The notes: generated from the letters alone by a model not told the origin. A stretch of DNA of 64,000 nucleotides from Prevotella sp. (GCA_017618275.1 JAFZUS010000111.1:39573-103572), one strand, 5' to 3'; counted from the first letter of the stretch, positions 15,554 through 25,011 are shown. Program-made: numbers and translations.

Positions 15554-15605
15554 AAAACTAGATTAGATATCGTAGTCAAAGCCTCTGTAACGGATCATTT
15601 GGATA

Positions 15606-18158
15606 TCAATGAGCATGTCGGGATTCATCAGTTTGGCTATTAGGATGGGCCAACCAATCCGCCACCTGATCTTCATCGACAAACTCCTCCATCCACAGAC
15701 CACTTTCAATTGGATCAAAGAGAGTTACAACATTGTTTATGGTATTGATAATCCTGTCAATATATGCGCGTGCACTCTTTTCGTACAATTTTATGTACAG
15801 CATAATAGAATCCTTATAACACTCTTCTGCTTGTTTGCTTTTCCCTGCTTTTGCGTATAGGTTGGCAATTGCAAAATAATTCCTTGCAAGATCCGTATTG
15901 AATGCGCCTGCTTCTCCTTTGGTAATGCAATTATAAATATCAATTGCCTGCAAAGAATATATTTCGGCCTTTTCATACTGATTCCAAAAGACATAATGCT
16001 GCGAAAGATTGCTGTATGAAGCAGCAAGGGCAGGCTTCATAGCCGGTTCACGATCAACCAGGCGTTTTCTTATGGCGATTGCTTCTGCATAGTTTACTTC
16101 TGCCTTTTGTTTTTCACCAATTTGAGTGTAAAAAGTACCTGTCACATTATAGGCTTGTGCAAGAGATGGGTCATGCGCTTCTGGATTTTCATCTGCCAAA
16201 ATTTTATGATGACGTAACGATTCCTGAAGCAGCGACTCTATAAAGGATTTGTCGATAGGCCGTTCATAGAAATCGTAGTCTAATGCTCGGTATTCTTCTT
16301 TGTCGTTTGCATACGTTTTATTTTGAATAATAGATTTGATTCGTTCTGCCTCTTGCAAAAACTGGTTGCCGTATGTGGCATCACCATTCTCTTTCCAATA
16401 GAGTCCTAACTTCCTTAATATGCGTTCTAAGAATATATAATAAACTACCGGATTCTTTTGCGTCAGTAATTGTTTTATTTTCATTGCTTGAACATAATAG
16501 CGTTCTGCTTTACAATGGCTGTATACTGCGATATCCAAAAATGCGATTTTATTACATGATTCGGCCAATTCTGCCGTATACCGCTTTTCCCCGTTATTGA
16601 CCAGTTCTGAATATTTAGTATGGGCATCTATAAACAACTTTCTTGCATCTTCGTGGCGGTTAATCATATAATACAATTTACCCAGTTCCAGACTTGTGCG
16701 TGCAATATCTACATCAACGGCTTCAATCGCTTCTGTGTCATATTTTTTGTATAAGGCAAGTGCTTGTATATACAATGCCTCGGCCTCAATGAAACGAGTT
16801 ACCATATAATATACTTTTGCCAATTTTACACTACTTTCAGCGATTAGAATATCCTTTTCTTTTCCCTGCGCAGTACTGGCTTTTCGCAATTCAATCGCTT
16901 TATGCAAAAACGATTCGGCATCTCTGAAGTTGTTTGTGCAATAATATAGTTCACCCTGCAAATCATACAGTTCTGTTTTTTCATGTTCAGATATAGTCTG
17001 GGGATTTTGTGTCAGTGCAGATTGCAACTTAATGCAGACATCCAGGCTTTTCTGATAATTCTGCTGGCGGTAGAGGAATCTGGCAAACTCAAGCATAATC
17101 GCTTTGGGCGCAGTCAGAGTTTCTTCCACCATCGTTGTTGCACGTTCATAGTTCTCCTGAACTTCCTTCCACTTTCCCTGCGCTTCTAAAGATGAAATAC
17201 GCCAGCGAAATTCGTCTATACAGTTTAGTCTTTCCATATACAACATTTCCTCCTTTGCGTTTGTCTGTAAGAAACGTTCTTCAATCTCATCTGGACGCAA
17301 AAGATCTTGTACGCCCTCATAATCACCGCGATCAAATAGTTGTATTGCCTTACGAATACGCTCATTAAGAACAGAACTTGATATTTTTTTAGCAATTGTT
17401 GTTCCCACATTCAGTATTTCATCAGATATCTCTCTAAGATTATCTTGCACCCACAACTTTTCTTTAACAGCCTTTTGATATGCCTTGTATGCTCTTGTGT
17501 TATTTCTGTCTTGTTCGTAGATTTTGAAAAGTTTTGCACAGTTTTCTTCAGCAATTTGGCTTTTTTTTACTAAAACAAGGTATTCGTCATTTTGTGAATA
17601 AGCCGGAATATGTTCAGTTGAAACAACTTTGCGTCCAGATACAGTTACATGTTCATCTTCTACCTTTATTTCCGCACGTAGAAAGCCATGTACCTGAAGT
17701 TGGGTTATGATTCCAAGTTTTAACGAGTCAATATGAGAATATTCTCTATGATAGTGCAATAGTTTCTGATCAATATCTTCCATTACACGACGGACATCAT
17801 CAGAAAGAGATTCTCCCTCTGCTAGGCTCTTAAAATAAACAACAATTTTTGGATTGCTTTTTATTTTGAATTCTTCCAATGCTATGCGCAATTCTTGCTC
17901 TGTGACATCACCGGCTTTATGCCAAAAGACGACAAAGCAAAGATCTGATTCGCGAATTTCGTCATTCAATGATTTTTGTGTCCCGCCATTAATTATTGTA
18001 TGATCCTCTGATTCATCCTCACATTTGTGTAAATGAATAAACAAATTCTGACCATTATAAATATTATTCAATGTATTTATAAAATTACCAATAGACTCGC
18101 GATCATCTTTCAAATCTGTGATGGATGATGCTAGGAATATGTGAATTGTTTTTTTCAT
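15606..18158 (-). CDS. DUF4062-like (TIR-like) N-domain + TPR-repeat protein with no NTPase motif seen
   Basis: The N-terminus IHIFLASSITDLKDDRESIGNFI...IRESDLCFVVFWHKAG parallels the N-domain of the 5394 gene. The C-terminal two thirds are TPR-like (Y..A...Y.KA(I/L)E(L/I)...). I saw no GxxxxGK(S/T). Confidence 0.7.
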   Translation of the reverse strand: MKKTIHIFLASSITDLKDDRESIGNFINTLNNIYNGQNLFIHLHKCEDESEDHTIINGGTQKSLNDEIRESDLCFVVFWHKAGDVTEQELRIALEEFKIKSNPKIVVYFKSLAEGESLSDDVRRVMEDIDQKLLHYHREYSHIDSLKLGIITQLQVHGFLRAEIKVEDEHVTVSGRKVVSTEHIPAYSQNDEYLVLVKKSQIAEENCAKLFKIYEQDRNNTRAYKAYQKAVKEKLWVQDNLREISDEILNVGTTIAKKISSSVLNERIRKAIQLFDRGDYEGVQDLLRPDEIEERFLQTNAKEEMLYMERLNCIDEFRWRISSLEAQGKWKEVQENYERATTMVEETLTAPKAIMLEFARFLYRQQNYQKSLDVCIKLQSALTQNPQTISEHEKTELYDLQGELYYCTNNFRDAESFLHKAIELRKASTAQGKEKDILIAESSVKLAKVYYMVTRFIEAEALYIQALALYKKYDTEAIEAVDVDIARTSLELGKLYYMINRHEDARKLFIDAHTKYSELVNNGEKRYTAELAESCNKIAFLDIAVYSHCKAERYYVQAMKIKQLLTQKNPVVYYIFLERILRKLGLYWKENGDATYGNQFLQEAERIKSIIQNKTYANDKEEYRALDYDFYERPIDKSFIESLLQESLRHHKILADENPEAHDPSLAQAYNVTGTFYTQIGEKQKAEVNYAEAIAIRKRLVDREPAMKPALAASYSNLSQHYVFWNQYEKAEIYSLQAIDIYNCITKGEAGAFNTDLARNYFAIANLYAKAGKSKQAEECYKDSIMLYIKLYEKSARAYIDRIINTINNVVTLFDPIESGLWMEEFVDEDQVADWLAHPNSQTDESRHAH

Positions 18159-18224
18159 TGTTATTTCTTCTTTAAAAACATACAGTAACTTAGTTCACAA
18201 AAAATAAACTCTTGTTTCATTTCG

Positions 18225-18232
18225 CAAAGATA
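18225..18232 (-). promoter_or_regulatory. -7 promoter box (TATCTTTG on the minus strand)
   Basis: caaagata on the plus strand, 67 nt upstream of the start at 18158. Confidence 0.5.
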
Positions 18233-18398
18233 CTAAAAATATAGCATATTAACAATGTTTTTAGGAAAAAGTTTGCGAGAGAACATAAAATAATTGTTAC
18301 CTTCGCACCCGAATATGCATCAAGAGTGCTTCAGTGCACACCAACCGAGCAGACGTTATGCCACGGTGGTAAGAAGATGCGAGTTAAGTGAGTATTAA

Positions 18399-18743
18399 CT
18401 AAAATGATAACGATATGCAATACAACCAATTGTACTTAATGAGCCACATGCCTCCATAGACACTTAACAGACAATGTTTCTCAACATTAAAGAACCGATC
18501 TTTTGTTAAGCGTCCATTTCGATAATAATAGGTCAAAATGAATGTAAGTACTATCATCGGCCCCCATCGGAACATGATTTCTTCGGCCAAGGCCGTAAGG
18601 GGGATCAACAGAAACGAATTTGTAAACTCACTGCTCGAAGCGACATTCTGACTAAACTTGGCACCGCATAGAGCCAATGTGCCGCCAACAACTACCGTCC
18701 ATGAGAAATGAAAAATCCATGTCAACAAGAAAAACTTGATCAC
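18399..18743 (-). CDS. CPBP (CAAX/Abi)-family intramembrane protease-like fragment
   Basis: Hydrophobic 114-aa ORF with a motif-1-like LAEEIMFRWGP (EExxxR). The later FxxxH and HxxxN motifs are not evident, so it may be truncated or degenerate. Confidence 0.4.
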   Translation of the reverse strand: MIKFFLLTWIFHFSWTVVVGGTLALCGAKFSQNVASSSEFTNSFLLIPLTALAEEIMFRWGPMIVLTFILTYYYRNGRLTKDRFFNVEKHCLLSVYGGMWLIKYNWLYCISLSF

Positions 18744-18837
18744 ATTTATCTTTTTTTATTCTCTCAAAGAATCTTTCAATTTTCTCAAAAAACAAATGTG
18801 TCATAATGATGCGACATGAACATCACAAAGTAATAGT

Positions 18838-19062
18838 TTAAATATAAATTACTTTTCTTCCCTGAATGCGTCCTTCGTAAACCTTAGTTCCACCTACATA
18901 AATGGTGCCTTCACCATTATCTTCCGAAAAATGCGCTTCGCCATCATCATTAGTGTACTGGTCGCGGGCAGCCCCACGAAACCATCCATCGAAAATCACA
19001 CTCACTTTCTTGTTTCTTACAGGCTTGCCTGATGAAGCCTCAATGACTTGTACTGTAAACAT
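18838..19062 (-). CDS. Small soluble protein directly downstream of the RHS toxin gene (candidate immunity protein)
   Basis: 74-aa ORF starting 11 nt after the RHS stop on the same strand. The call rests on position only. Confidence 0.5.
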   Translation of the reverse strand: MFTVQVIEASSGKPVRNKKVSVIFDGWFRGAARDQYTNDDGEAHFSEDNGEGTIYVGGTKVYEGRIQGRKVIYI

Positions 19063-19073
19063 ACTTTTGATTA

Positions 19074-22000
19074 TTAAATTATTGCTAGAGCCGGTAGTAA
19101 TTCATATGCAGGGGCGGCCGCTCCTCCTGTCTGTACAACTAAATAAGTTATTCCGCCAACGACAACAACGGCTACTACTGTCTTTGCCACATCTGCAACA
19201 GTTATTTGTTGAACTTTTGACAATGTGTAATAATATGCTGACACTCCCGCTACAGTTACTTTTTGTGCAACACTAGTTGCGTACTCCTTGATAGTAGCTC
19301 CTATTGCTGAAGCAGCCATGCCCATTTCCAACAGTTTTGCTTTTAGGCTTTCTACAGTCTCTCCTGGTGGAACATCATATTTGGGATCATATCTATAATT
19401 AGGTTTCCCTGGTTTTGGTGTTGACTTGCAGAATTTTTCTTGTTTTAGAAGATCACATAAATATTTTCTAACGTTATCCTTTATACCACTTGTAGGGTCA
19501 CTTTTTCCACCACCTGTATTACCGCTTGGAGTATTTGGTCCCGGTCGTCCTGTTTCCAAAGGAGTAGCAGCCGCTCCATTTATATCAACCATCATAATCG
19601 GATTATTATCCGCATAAGGATAGAGGTTTGTGCTCCAGATGGGGTCTTCGGAAAGGAAGCGGCCGATGGTGGGGTCATAGTGACGGGCTCGCATATAGTA
19701 GAGGTGATCGTCTAAAGCCATCACGCCATACTTGCCAACATACTGGAATGGGTTATAATCAGCCTCTTTCTTCTGAATGACCTTACCAAACTCATCATAC
19801 TGATACTTATGGGTAATCTTGCCATTTTCATTAACAATTGCCACAACAGAGCCACGGACATCTGTAACATAATAACTTGTCTTGCCATTCTTTACACGAG
19901 CCTCAAGGCCATTGCCATAGATATAATGTGCTCCGCTTTTCGAATCGCTGAGCACATTGCCTATACCCAGCGGGTCAGTCGTAAACTCGATGTCACCGTA
20001 AGAACTAATCAGCCCTAACGGGTCATACGTAATAGAGGTAGAGCCTGCTGCTGTCAGGCGATCCTGTTTGTCCCAACTGTAAGTCTCACTGCCACGTTTG
20101 GTTGTATTACCGTTAGCATCGAATTTGAATTTGATGTTACCAGCCTTTGTGATACGGTTACCGTTGTTATAACTGTAACTGACATCTTCATCTGACAGAA
20201 CCACCAGATCGTATGGTTCCTGCGTGGTCTGTTCAGTGATATTGCCAACCTTGTCTAATGTATAATTATAACTGGCTATTATTGTGCCGTTGCTCAGTGT
20301 CGTAGTCTTGCTAGTTAGACGGCCTATTGCGTCGTAGCCATACTTAGTGGTCATACCATTGGGATATTCCACCTTGTCGAGTTGGCTATCCTTGCGATAG
20401 GTATAGGTGATGGTCTTGTCGTTGAATTCCACAGAGGTCAGACGGTTCAGACCGTCGTAACTATAATGTGTGTCATTGATACTGGTGCAGTTGCCGTTCT
20501 TGTCGTATGTATAACTGTTGCTATTGTTATTATAACGTGTGCCTTTGATGCGGTTGAAACCATCGTAGGAGAATGAGAGTGTCTTGCCACTCCCTGATAT
20601 CGACGACAGACGGAGTTTGCTGTCATATTTGTAATCGTTAACTCCGTCGCTGGTCATACGCCCCAGGTCATCGTAAGTATAGGAGAGCGCCGTGCCGTCC
20701 GGCTTGGTGAAGGTGCTGAGCGTTCCGTCTTTGTTGTAACTATAACCCTTAGTAACGCCATTGAATGTCACAGACGTCAGCCAGTCCGTTGCATTGTCAT
20801 ATGACAGGGATGTCACACCGCCCTTGGCATTGGTGATACTAGTCAGATTTCCGTTTTTGTCGTAAGCATAACTAGTAGTGTGGCTCAATGGGTCTGTCTC
20901 ACTCGTTAAGAGGTCATTTTTATCATAGACAAATGAACTGGTACGTCCTAAAGCGTCAGTTGTACTAACAAGGCGACTGGCCTTGTCATATTTTGCTGTG
21001 CTTGAAAGGTTCAAGGCAGGCAGTGACATCTTAATCAGGTTGCCATAACTGTTGTATTCAAAATTAGTCTTCACCCCCATTGCATTAGTCACCGTTTTGG
21101 TCAAGCCCTTGCCGTCGACGGTGATGCTGGTGGATACACTTTCTGGATCCGTCACCTTTATCAGGTTGCCCTTTGTGTCGTATTTGTATTTCTTTTTATT
21201 GCCTTTGGGGTCTGTTACGCTTGTTAGGTTGTTCATATCGTCGTAAGTCATCGAGGTGGTAAGTGTACCGTCGCTTCCTTTCAATGTGATACTCGTTACA
21301 TTACCTTTTGCGTCATAACTAACATTGCTGATTTCAGTGCTGTTGCTCTGCATGGTTGTAGGCAGTTCTGGATAATCTGTATTGCCATAGGTGCCATTAT
21401 AAAACATACCATCAGCGCCAGTTACGCCTGTCACCACATTATTTTTATTGTAGGTATAATTATATGATGAAGTCTTCGAACCTCGTTCAACATCGATTTG
21501 CGACTTTGTGCTGATTGTACTGCTACCATATTGGGCTGTTACGTTGATGCTTGTCTTAGTGGTCGGTATACCACTCACGCCGCTAACCGTATTCTTCAAG
21601 CGGCTGTTAGCATCATATTCATTTTCGATATAGTTGCCATTTGGCAGTTGGATGCGGCTTAGCAACTTCGAGGTACCAGCCTTCGTGAGGTTGGCATACT
21701 CGTAGGTCGTTTTATTACCCTCAGCATCGGTGAAACTTTTCAGTTGTTTCTTGCCGGTCTGAAGATTGTCGAAATATGTGAACTTGATAGTACGGTTCAA
21801 TGGGTCCTTTACCTTTGAAAGCAGATCGGTGCCACTTAAATAGGAGAAAACCAGAGAACGCTGTCCGTCGCTGACGTTGCTGATACGCTTTGAACCGTTT
21901 TGGCCATCCTCATAGTTGATGGTCAGTGTATTGCCGTTGCGATCCTTGATACTGGAGAGATAGAAGACTGCAGCCCCAGAACCGCCCTGTTTGCTAAAGA

Positions 22001-23471
22001 GATATTCCACTTGTGACTTAGACTTGATAGTCAGTTTGTCACCACCAGCGTACTCCATTTCATCATAGACACCCATTGACTCGGGTACAAGTTTACTGCC
22101 ATTCGACTTATAAACGTCAATATTGCCACCACCCCAATGGACAATCACACGCAGGCCATTGTCTGTAGCATTATTCTGATAATCGCCAACCACGGTGATG
22201 AAAGAGTGATAGTTGTGGCTCCAGCCATCGCCAAGCGGCAGGTAACTGTCATCCTCATCAGTTTTCGACTTATCGCCAAAGAATACACTGGGCAGAGTAG
22301 TATTATAAGAATTGTACGTGTGCGCGAAGACCAGAGGCACCACACCGTTTAATGCGAAACTCGTCTTCGTATAGTGCTGGAAGTTACCCATCTGTAGGCC
22401 TGCGCCCAAAGCGATGGTCTTCAGCGTGGTGTTCAGCGGCTCGAAGTAGTCTTTCTTCTTTGGGTTAGGATCATTGATCTCTCCTGATTCAATCTTCTGC
22501 ATGATACGGGCCAGCATCACGAATGCCTCGCCACGCAGACAGTCTTCATAAGGACGGAATTCGGCATTCTTTGTCGTAATGATGCCTAAGGCTGCGGCTT
22601 TGCGGATATATCCCATTTTCACAGGATCATTGGTGGCCAGAGCAACAACTTTCTCATCATTTGGAAAAGGATTGTCAGAACCATTTAAGTCTGGCCGAAT
22701 GTTAAAGGTCTCCATCAGGACTTTCAGGGTATGAAGTCTGGATATGGCATCATCTGAGGCGAAATACAGCCGATTTCGATCAAAGGGTGCTACACCGTCT
22801 CCATATTCCAGGTAGAGAAGCGCGCGGGCTGCCTGATAATAATACTCATTGTCAGTGGTCTTCGTGGCGATATCCTCATAGACGGTCGGATAATAATCAG
22901 ACGCCACGGTTGTGGGTATTTCCCTTCCATTTAGCAGATAGACGCCCCTGAAAGCAATCTTTGCCAGATGGGAGCGTTTCAGTACACCCCCAACATTTGT
23001 CTTACCGTCTTCCTTCGAGCCATTCAGGACAGAACGTTCGCACAGGAAATAAGTGGCGGCATAATAGTCGCTGGATGTCGGCACGTCTGAAAGGTCGCAG
23101 TCGCCTGCCGGAGGAGTCCCTTTGGTAGTAAAATGCCATACGGGACTTTGAGGCACGAAATTCCATTCAGAAGTGGAATAGACATACACCCGCCAATAAT
23201 AGGTTGTTCCTTCTTTAAGGTCGGTAAAGTCTGGGTATGGTCTGTTAGACACTCTCCAGGAACGATAGCCACTCATATCAGCATGCTCGCTAAGGCGTAT
23301 TTCGAACAGATCGCCATAGGTCCATCCCTCACAACTTGCACTGACATATAGCCCCACTCCCTCTGCTCCGTCGGCAGGAACGGGCGAGTGAAGGGGATAA
23401 TCTTGAGCAAAGGTGTACTGTGACAAAACGAGCCACAGCAATGAAGTGATAAAGCGTGCGGTGTGATTCAT
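19074..23471 (-). CDS. RHS/YD-repeat toxin with Sec signal peptide, N-terminal accessory domains and a variable C-terminal domain
   Basis: Signal peptide MNHTARFITSLLWLVLSQYTFAQ. Dozens of YD repeats (YDKNGNLTSITNAKG, YDDLGRMTS, YDGLNRLTS...). Core-terminating motif YYMRARHYDPTIGRFLSEDPI...NLYPYADNNPIMMVDINGA, then ~170 aa of unrelated sequence ending in a hydrophobic segment. Confidence 0.9.
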   Translation of the reverse strand: MNHTARFITSLLWLVLSQYTFAQDYPLHSPVPADGAEGVGLYVSASCEGWTYGDLFEIRLSEHADMSGYRSWRVSNRPYPDFTDLKEGTTYYWRVYVYSTSEWNFVPQSPVWHFTTKGTPPAGDCDLSDVPTSSDYYAATYFLCERSVLNGSKEDGKTNVGGVLKRSHLAKIAFRGVYLLNGREIPTTVASDYYPTVYEDIATKTTDNEYYYQAARALLYLEYGDGVAPFDRNRLYFASDDAISRLHTLKVLMETFNIRPDLNGSDNPFPNDEKVVALATNDPVKMGYIRKAAALGIITTKNAEFRPYEDCLRGEAFVMLARIMQKIESGEINDPNPKKKDYFEPLNTTLKTIALGAGLQMGNFQHYTKTSFALNGVVPLVFAHTYNSYNTTLPSVFFGDKSKTDEDDSYLPLGDGWSHNYHSFITVVGDYQNNATDNGLRVIVHWGGGNIDVYKSNGSKLVPESMGVYDEMEYAGGDKLTIKSKSQVEYLFSKQGGSGAAVFYLSSIKDRNGNTLTINYEDGQNGSKRISNVSDGQRSLVFSYLSGTDLLSKVKDPLNRTIKFTYFDNLQTGKKQLKSFTDAEGNKTTYEYANLTKAGTSKLLSRIQLPNGNYIENEYDANSRLKNTVSGVSGIPTTKTSINVTAQYGSSTISTKSQIDVERGSKTSSYNYTYNKNNVVTGVTGADGMFYNGTYGNTDYPELPTTMQSNSTEISNVSYDAKGNVTSITLKGSDGTLTTSMTYDDMNNLTSVTDPKGNKKKYKYDTKGNLIKVTDPESVSTSITVDGKGLTKTVTNAMGVKTNFEYNSYGNLIKMSLPALNLSSTAKYDKASRLVSTTDALGRTSSFVYDKNDLLTSETDPLSHTTSYAYDKNGNLTSITNAKGGVTSLSYDNATDWLTSVTFNGVTKGYSYNKDGTLSTFTKPDGTALSYTYDDLGRMTSDGVNDYKYDSKLRLSSISGSGKTLSFSYDGFNRIKGTRYNNNSNSYTYDKNGNCTSINDTHYSYDGLNRLTSVEFNDKTITYTYRKDSQLDKVEYPNGMTTKYGYDAIGRLTSKTTTLSNGTIIASYNYTLDKVGNITEQTTQEPYDLVVLSDEDVSYSYNNGNRITKAGNIKFKFDANGNTTKRGSETYSWDKQDRLTAAGSTSITYDPLGLISSYGDIEFTTDPLGIGNVLSDSKSGAHYIYGNGLEARVKNGKTSYYVTDVRGSVVAIVNENGKITHKYQYDEFGKVIQKKEADYNPFQYVGKYGVMALDDHLYYMRARHYDPTIGRFLSEDPIWSTNLYPYADNNPIMMVDINGAAATPLETGRPGPNTPSGNTGGGKSDPTSGIKDNVRKYLCDLLKQEKFCKSTPKPGKPNYRYDPKYDVPPGETVESLKAKLLEMGMAASAIGATIKEYATSVAQKVTVAGVSAYYYTLSKVQQITVADVAKTVVAVVVVGGITYLVVQTGGAAAPAYELLPALAII

Positions 23472-23483
23472 ATTGTTGTCCTC

Positions 23484-23882
23484 CTATTTTTTCAAAATAA
23501 TGTTCGTAATCTGAATGATATCGGCGATGTTAATGACGTTGTCCTTATTGACATCGGCGGATTGTTTATAGAAATAAGTGGAGGGCTTGCCCATGATATA
23601 GTTGGCCACTTCTACGATATCTGCTGCATCCACCTTGCCATCGCCATTGGCATCTCCATCCTTTTTGTCTGTAAAAGACTTAAATATCTTGGAAAGGCGG
23701 TTGCCAAGATCGTCGTAGGTATAAAAAGTCTCTCCTAATGGTGACACCACATGGATGAGGCGATTTTGTTTGTCATACTCGTATGTGGTCTTTTGTTTTT
23801 GCTGTGCTGATGACAGTTGACAGAAACTAATCAAGAACAAGATAGCAGTCAGCGACCTTTTATTCCACTTCACAATTTTCAT
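23484..23882 (-). CDS. Secreted mini-protein: two YD repeats + dockerin-like module
   Basis: Signal peptide (LTAILFLISFCQLSSAQ). YEYDKQNRLIHV and YTYDDLGNRLSKI. Two F-hand Ca-binding loops DANGDGKVDAADIVEVANYIMGK and DVNKDNVINIADIIQITNIILKK. It ends 12 nt before the RHS start. Confidence 0.8.
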   Translation of the reverse strand: MKIVKWNKRSLTAILFLISFCQLSSAQQKQKTTYEYDKQNRLIHVVSPLGETFYTYDDLGNRLSKIFKSFTDKKDGDANGDGKVDAADIVEVANYIMGKPSTYFYKQSADVNKDNVINIADIIQITNIILKK

Positions 23883-23922
23883 ATATCATTGAATTGGGGT
23901 TAATAATCCATTATTTGTGCTG

Positions 23923-23930
23923 CAAAGATA
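23923..23930 (-). promoter_or_regulatory. -7 promoter box (TATCTTTG on the minus strand) for the YD-dockerin/RHS operon
   Basis: caaagata on the plus strand, 41 nt upstream of the start at 23882. Confidence 0.5.
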
Positions 23931-24109
23931 AAAAATAAAAATGAATCAGCCAAAATTTCATAAATAAAATGCTTAAAAAGATTTCGCCCCCAAGCCCATT
24001 TTGATGCTTTGGGGCAGAAAACAAAATCTTAATAATTGTAAAATCAACCTTTGTGTCGATAAAAGGAACCTATCTGACGAATTTGTTTGGAAGGAATTGT
24101 TTTTTTTCT

Positions 24110-24117
24110 TATCTTTG
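24110..24117 (+). promoter_or_regulatory. -7 promoter box (TATCTTTG)
   Basis: 34 nt upstream of the ATG at 24151. Confidence 0.5.
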
Positions 24118-24150
24118 CAACGCATTACAATAAATTTAATACATAATTGA

Positions 24151-24933
24151 ATGTTAAGATTGATTGATCAACGCACGCTGAACCTCACACTGAGTGAGAT
24201 TTCTGGACTTCGGAAATCAAAAAAGGGAAGAGATCTTGAGGATATTTTCCTTGACAATGTGAGTCATGAGATAAGGACTCCACTGAATGCCATCATCGGG
24301 TTGAATGACCTGCTCAACGGTGTTGCCGGACAGCACATGGAGGAGGACGAGAAACTGATGTTGAAGGAACATATTCACAAGAATGCGGATCGTCTGTTGA
24401 CGGTGATGGACGACATCCTCGACCTCTCGCGGATGGAAAAGGGGACACTGCCGTTGCATAAGACGATAGTCAGTCTGATGGAGATCTGTTTCAAGGCCCG
24501 TGAGAGTGTGAAACACCTTGTGCGTAGTAATGTCAAACTGCTGCACGAATATCCGGTAGCCTTGAAGGACACCTTAATATATACAGATGCCAGGCGCTTG
24601 GAACAGGTATTGCATAATTTCCTGGAGAACGCCTGTCTACATACTTACAGTGGCACCATTACCCTTCGCGTGAAAGAATACCAGAACAATGAGACGAATC
24701 AGCCGATGCTGCAGATTCGTGTTGACGATACGGGTGTGGGTGTGCCTCATGAACAGCGTGACTTGCTGTTTTTGCCCTTCCGGAAGGTGGATGGCAAGTC
24801 AGAGGGCCTGGGCATGGGGCTTGCCATCTGTAAGCAGATTGCCAAGATGCTAGGAGGTAATACATACTATGATCAATACAATCGGAAGAACGGCTCGAGT
24901 TTCGTGCTCGAGATTCCGTTCGATAAGGTGTGA
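24151..24933 (+). CDS. Short cytoplasmic histidine kinase (HisKA + HATPase_c only)
   Basis: H-box NVSHEIRTPLNAIIGL, N-box FLENACLHT, G-boxes DDTGVGVP and GLGMGLAICK. No transmembrane or sensor domain, and no adjacent response regulator. Confidence 0.8.
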   Translation: MLRLIDQRTLNLTLSEISGLRKSKKGRDLEDIFLDNVSHEIRTPLNAIIGLNDLLNGVAGQHMEEDEKLMLKEHIHKNADRLLTVMDDILDLSRMEKGTLPLHKTIVSLMEICFKARESVKHLVRSNVKLLHEYPVALKDTLIYTDARRLEQVLHNFLENACLHTYSGTITLRVKEYQNNETNQPMLQIRVDDTGVGVPHEQRDLLFLPFRKVDGKSEGLGMGLAICKQIAKMLGGNTYYDQYNRKNGSSFVLEIPFDKV

Positions 24934-25011
24934 CGTGAGTCACACCTTATTTATTAATAGACATCGGGAAAGTTTTTCCTCCAGAAATTTCCGTAATATA
25001 GAAATTCTTCT

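Larger units (their letters stand above)
12320..15560. mobile_element. Possible inserted cassette (small Cys-containing protein + VirE-like primase/helicase); borders are approximate and no integrase is seen
   Basis: Abrupt visual shift from AT-rich to GC-richer coding sequence near 12320 and back near 15560. The gene content is typical of Bacteroidota mobile/cryptic elements. I found no terminal repeats. Confidence 0.3.

Noticed and set aside
18290-18395. GC-rich ~90-nt patch with an imperfect promoter box (TACCTTCG at 18298-18305) as a possible small RNA
   Set aside because: The box deviates from TAnnTTTG, I could find only short 4-5-bp stems by eye, and the patch may simply be the 3' UTR or a decayed C-terminal remnant of the CPBP-like gene. 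The evidence is insufficient to annotate it.
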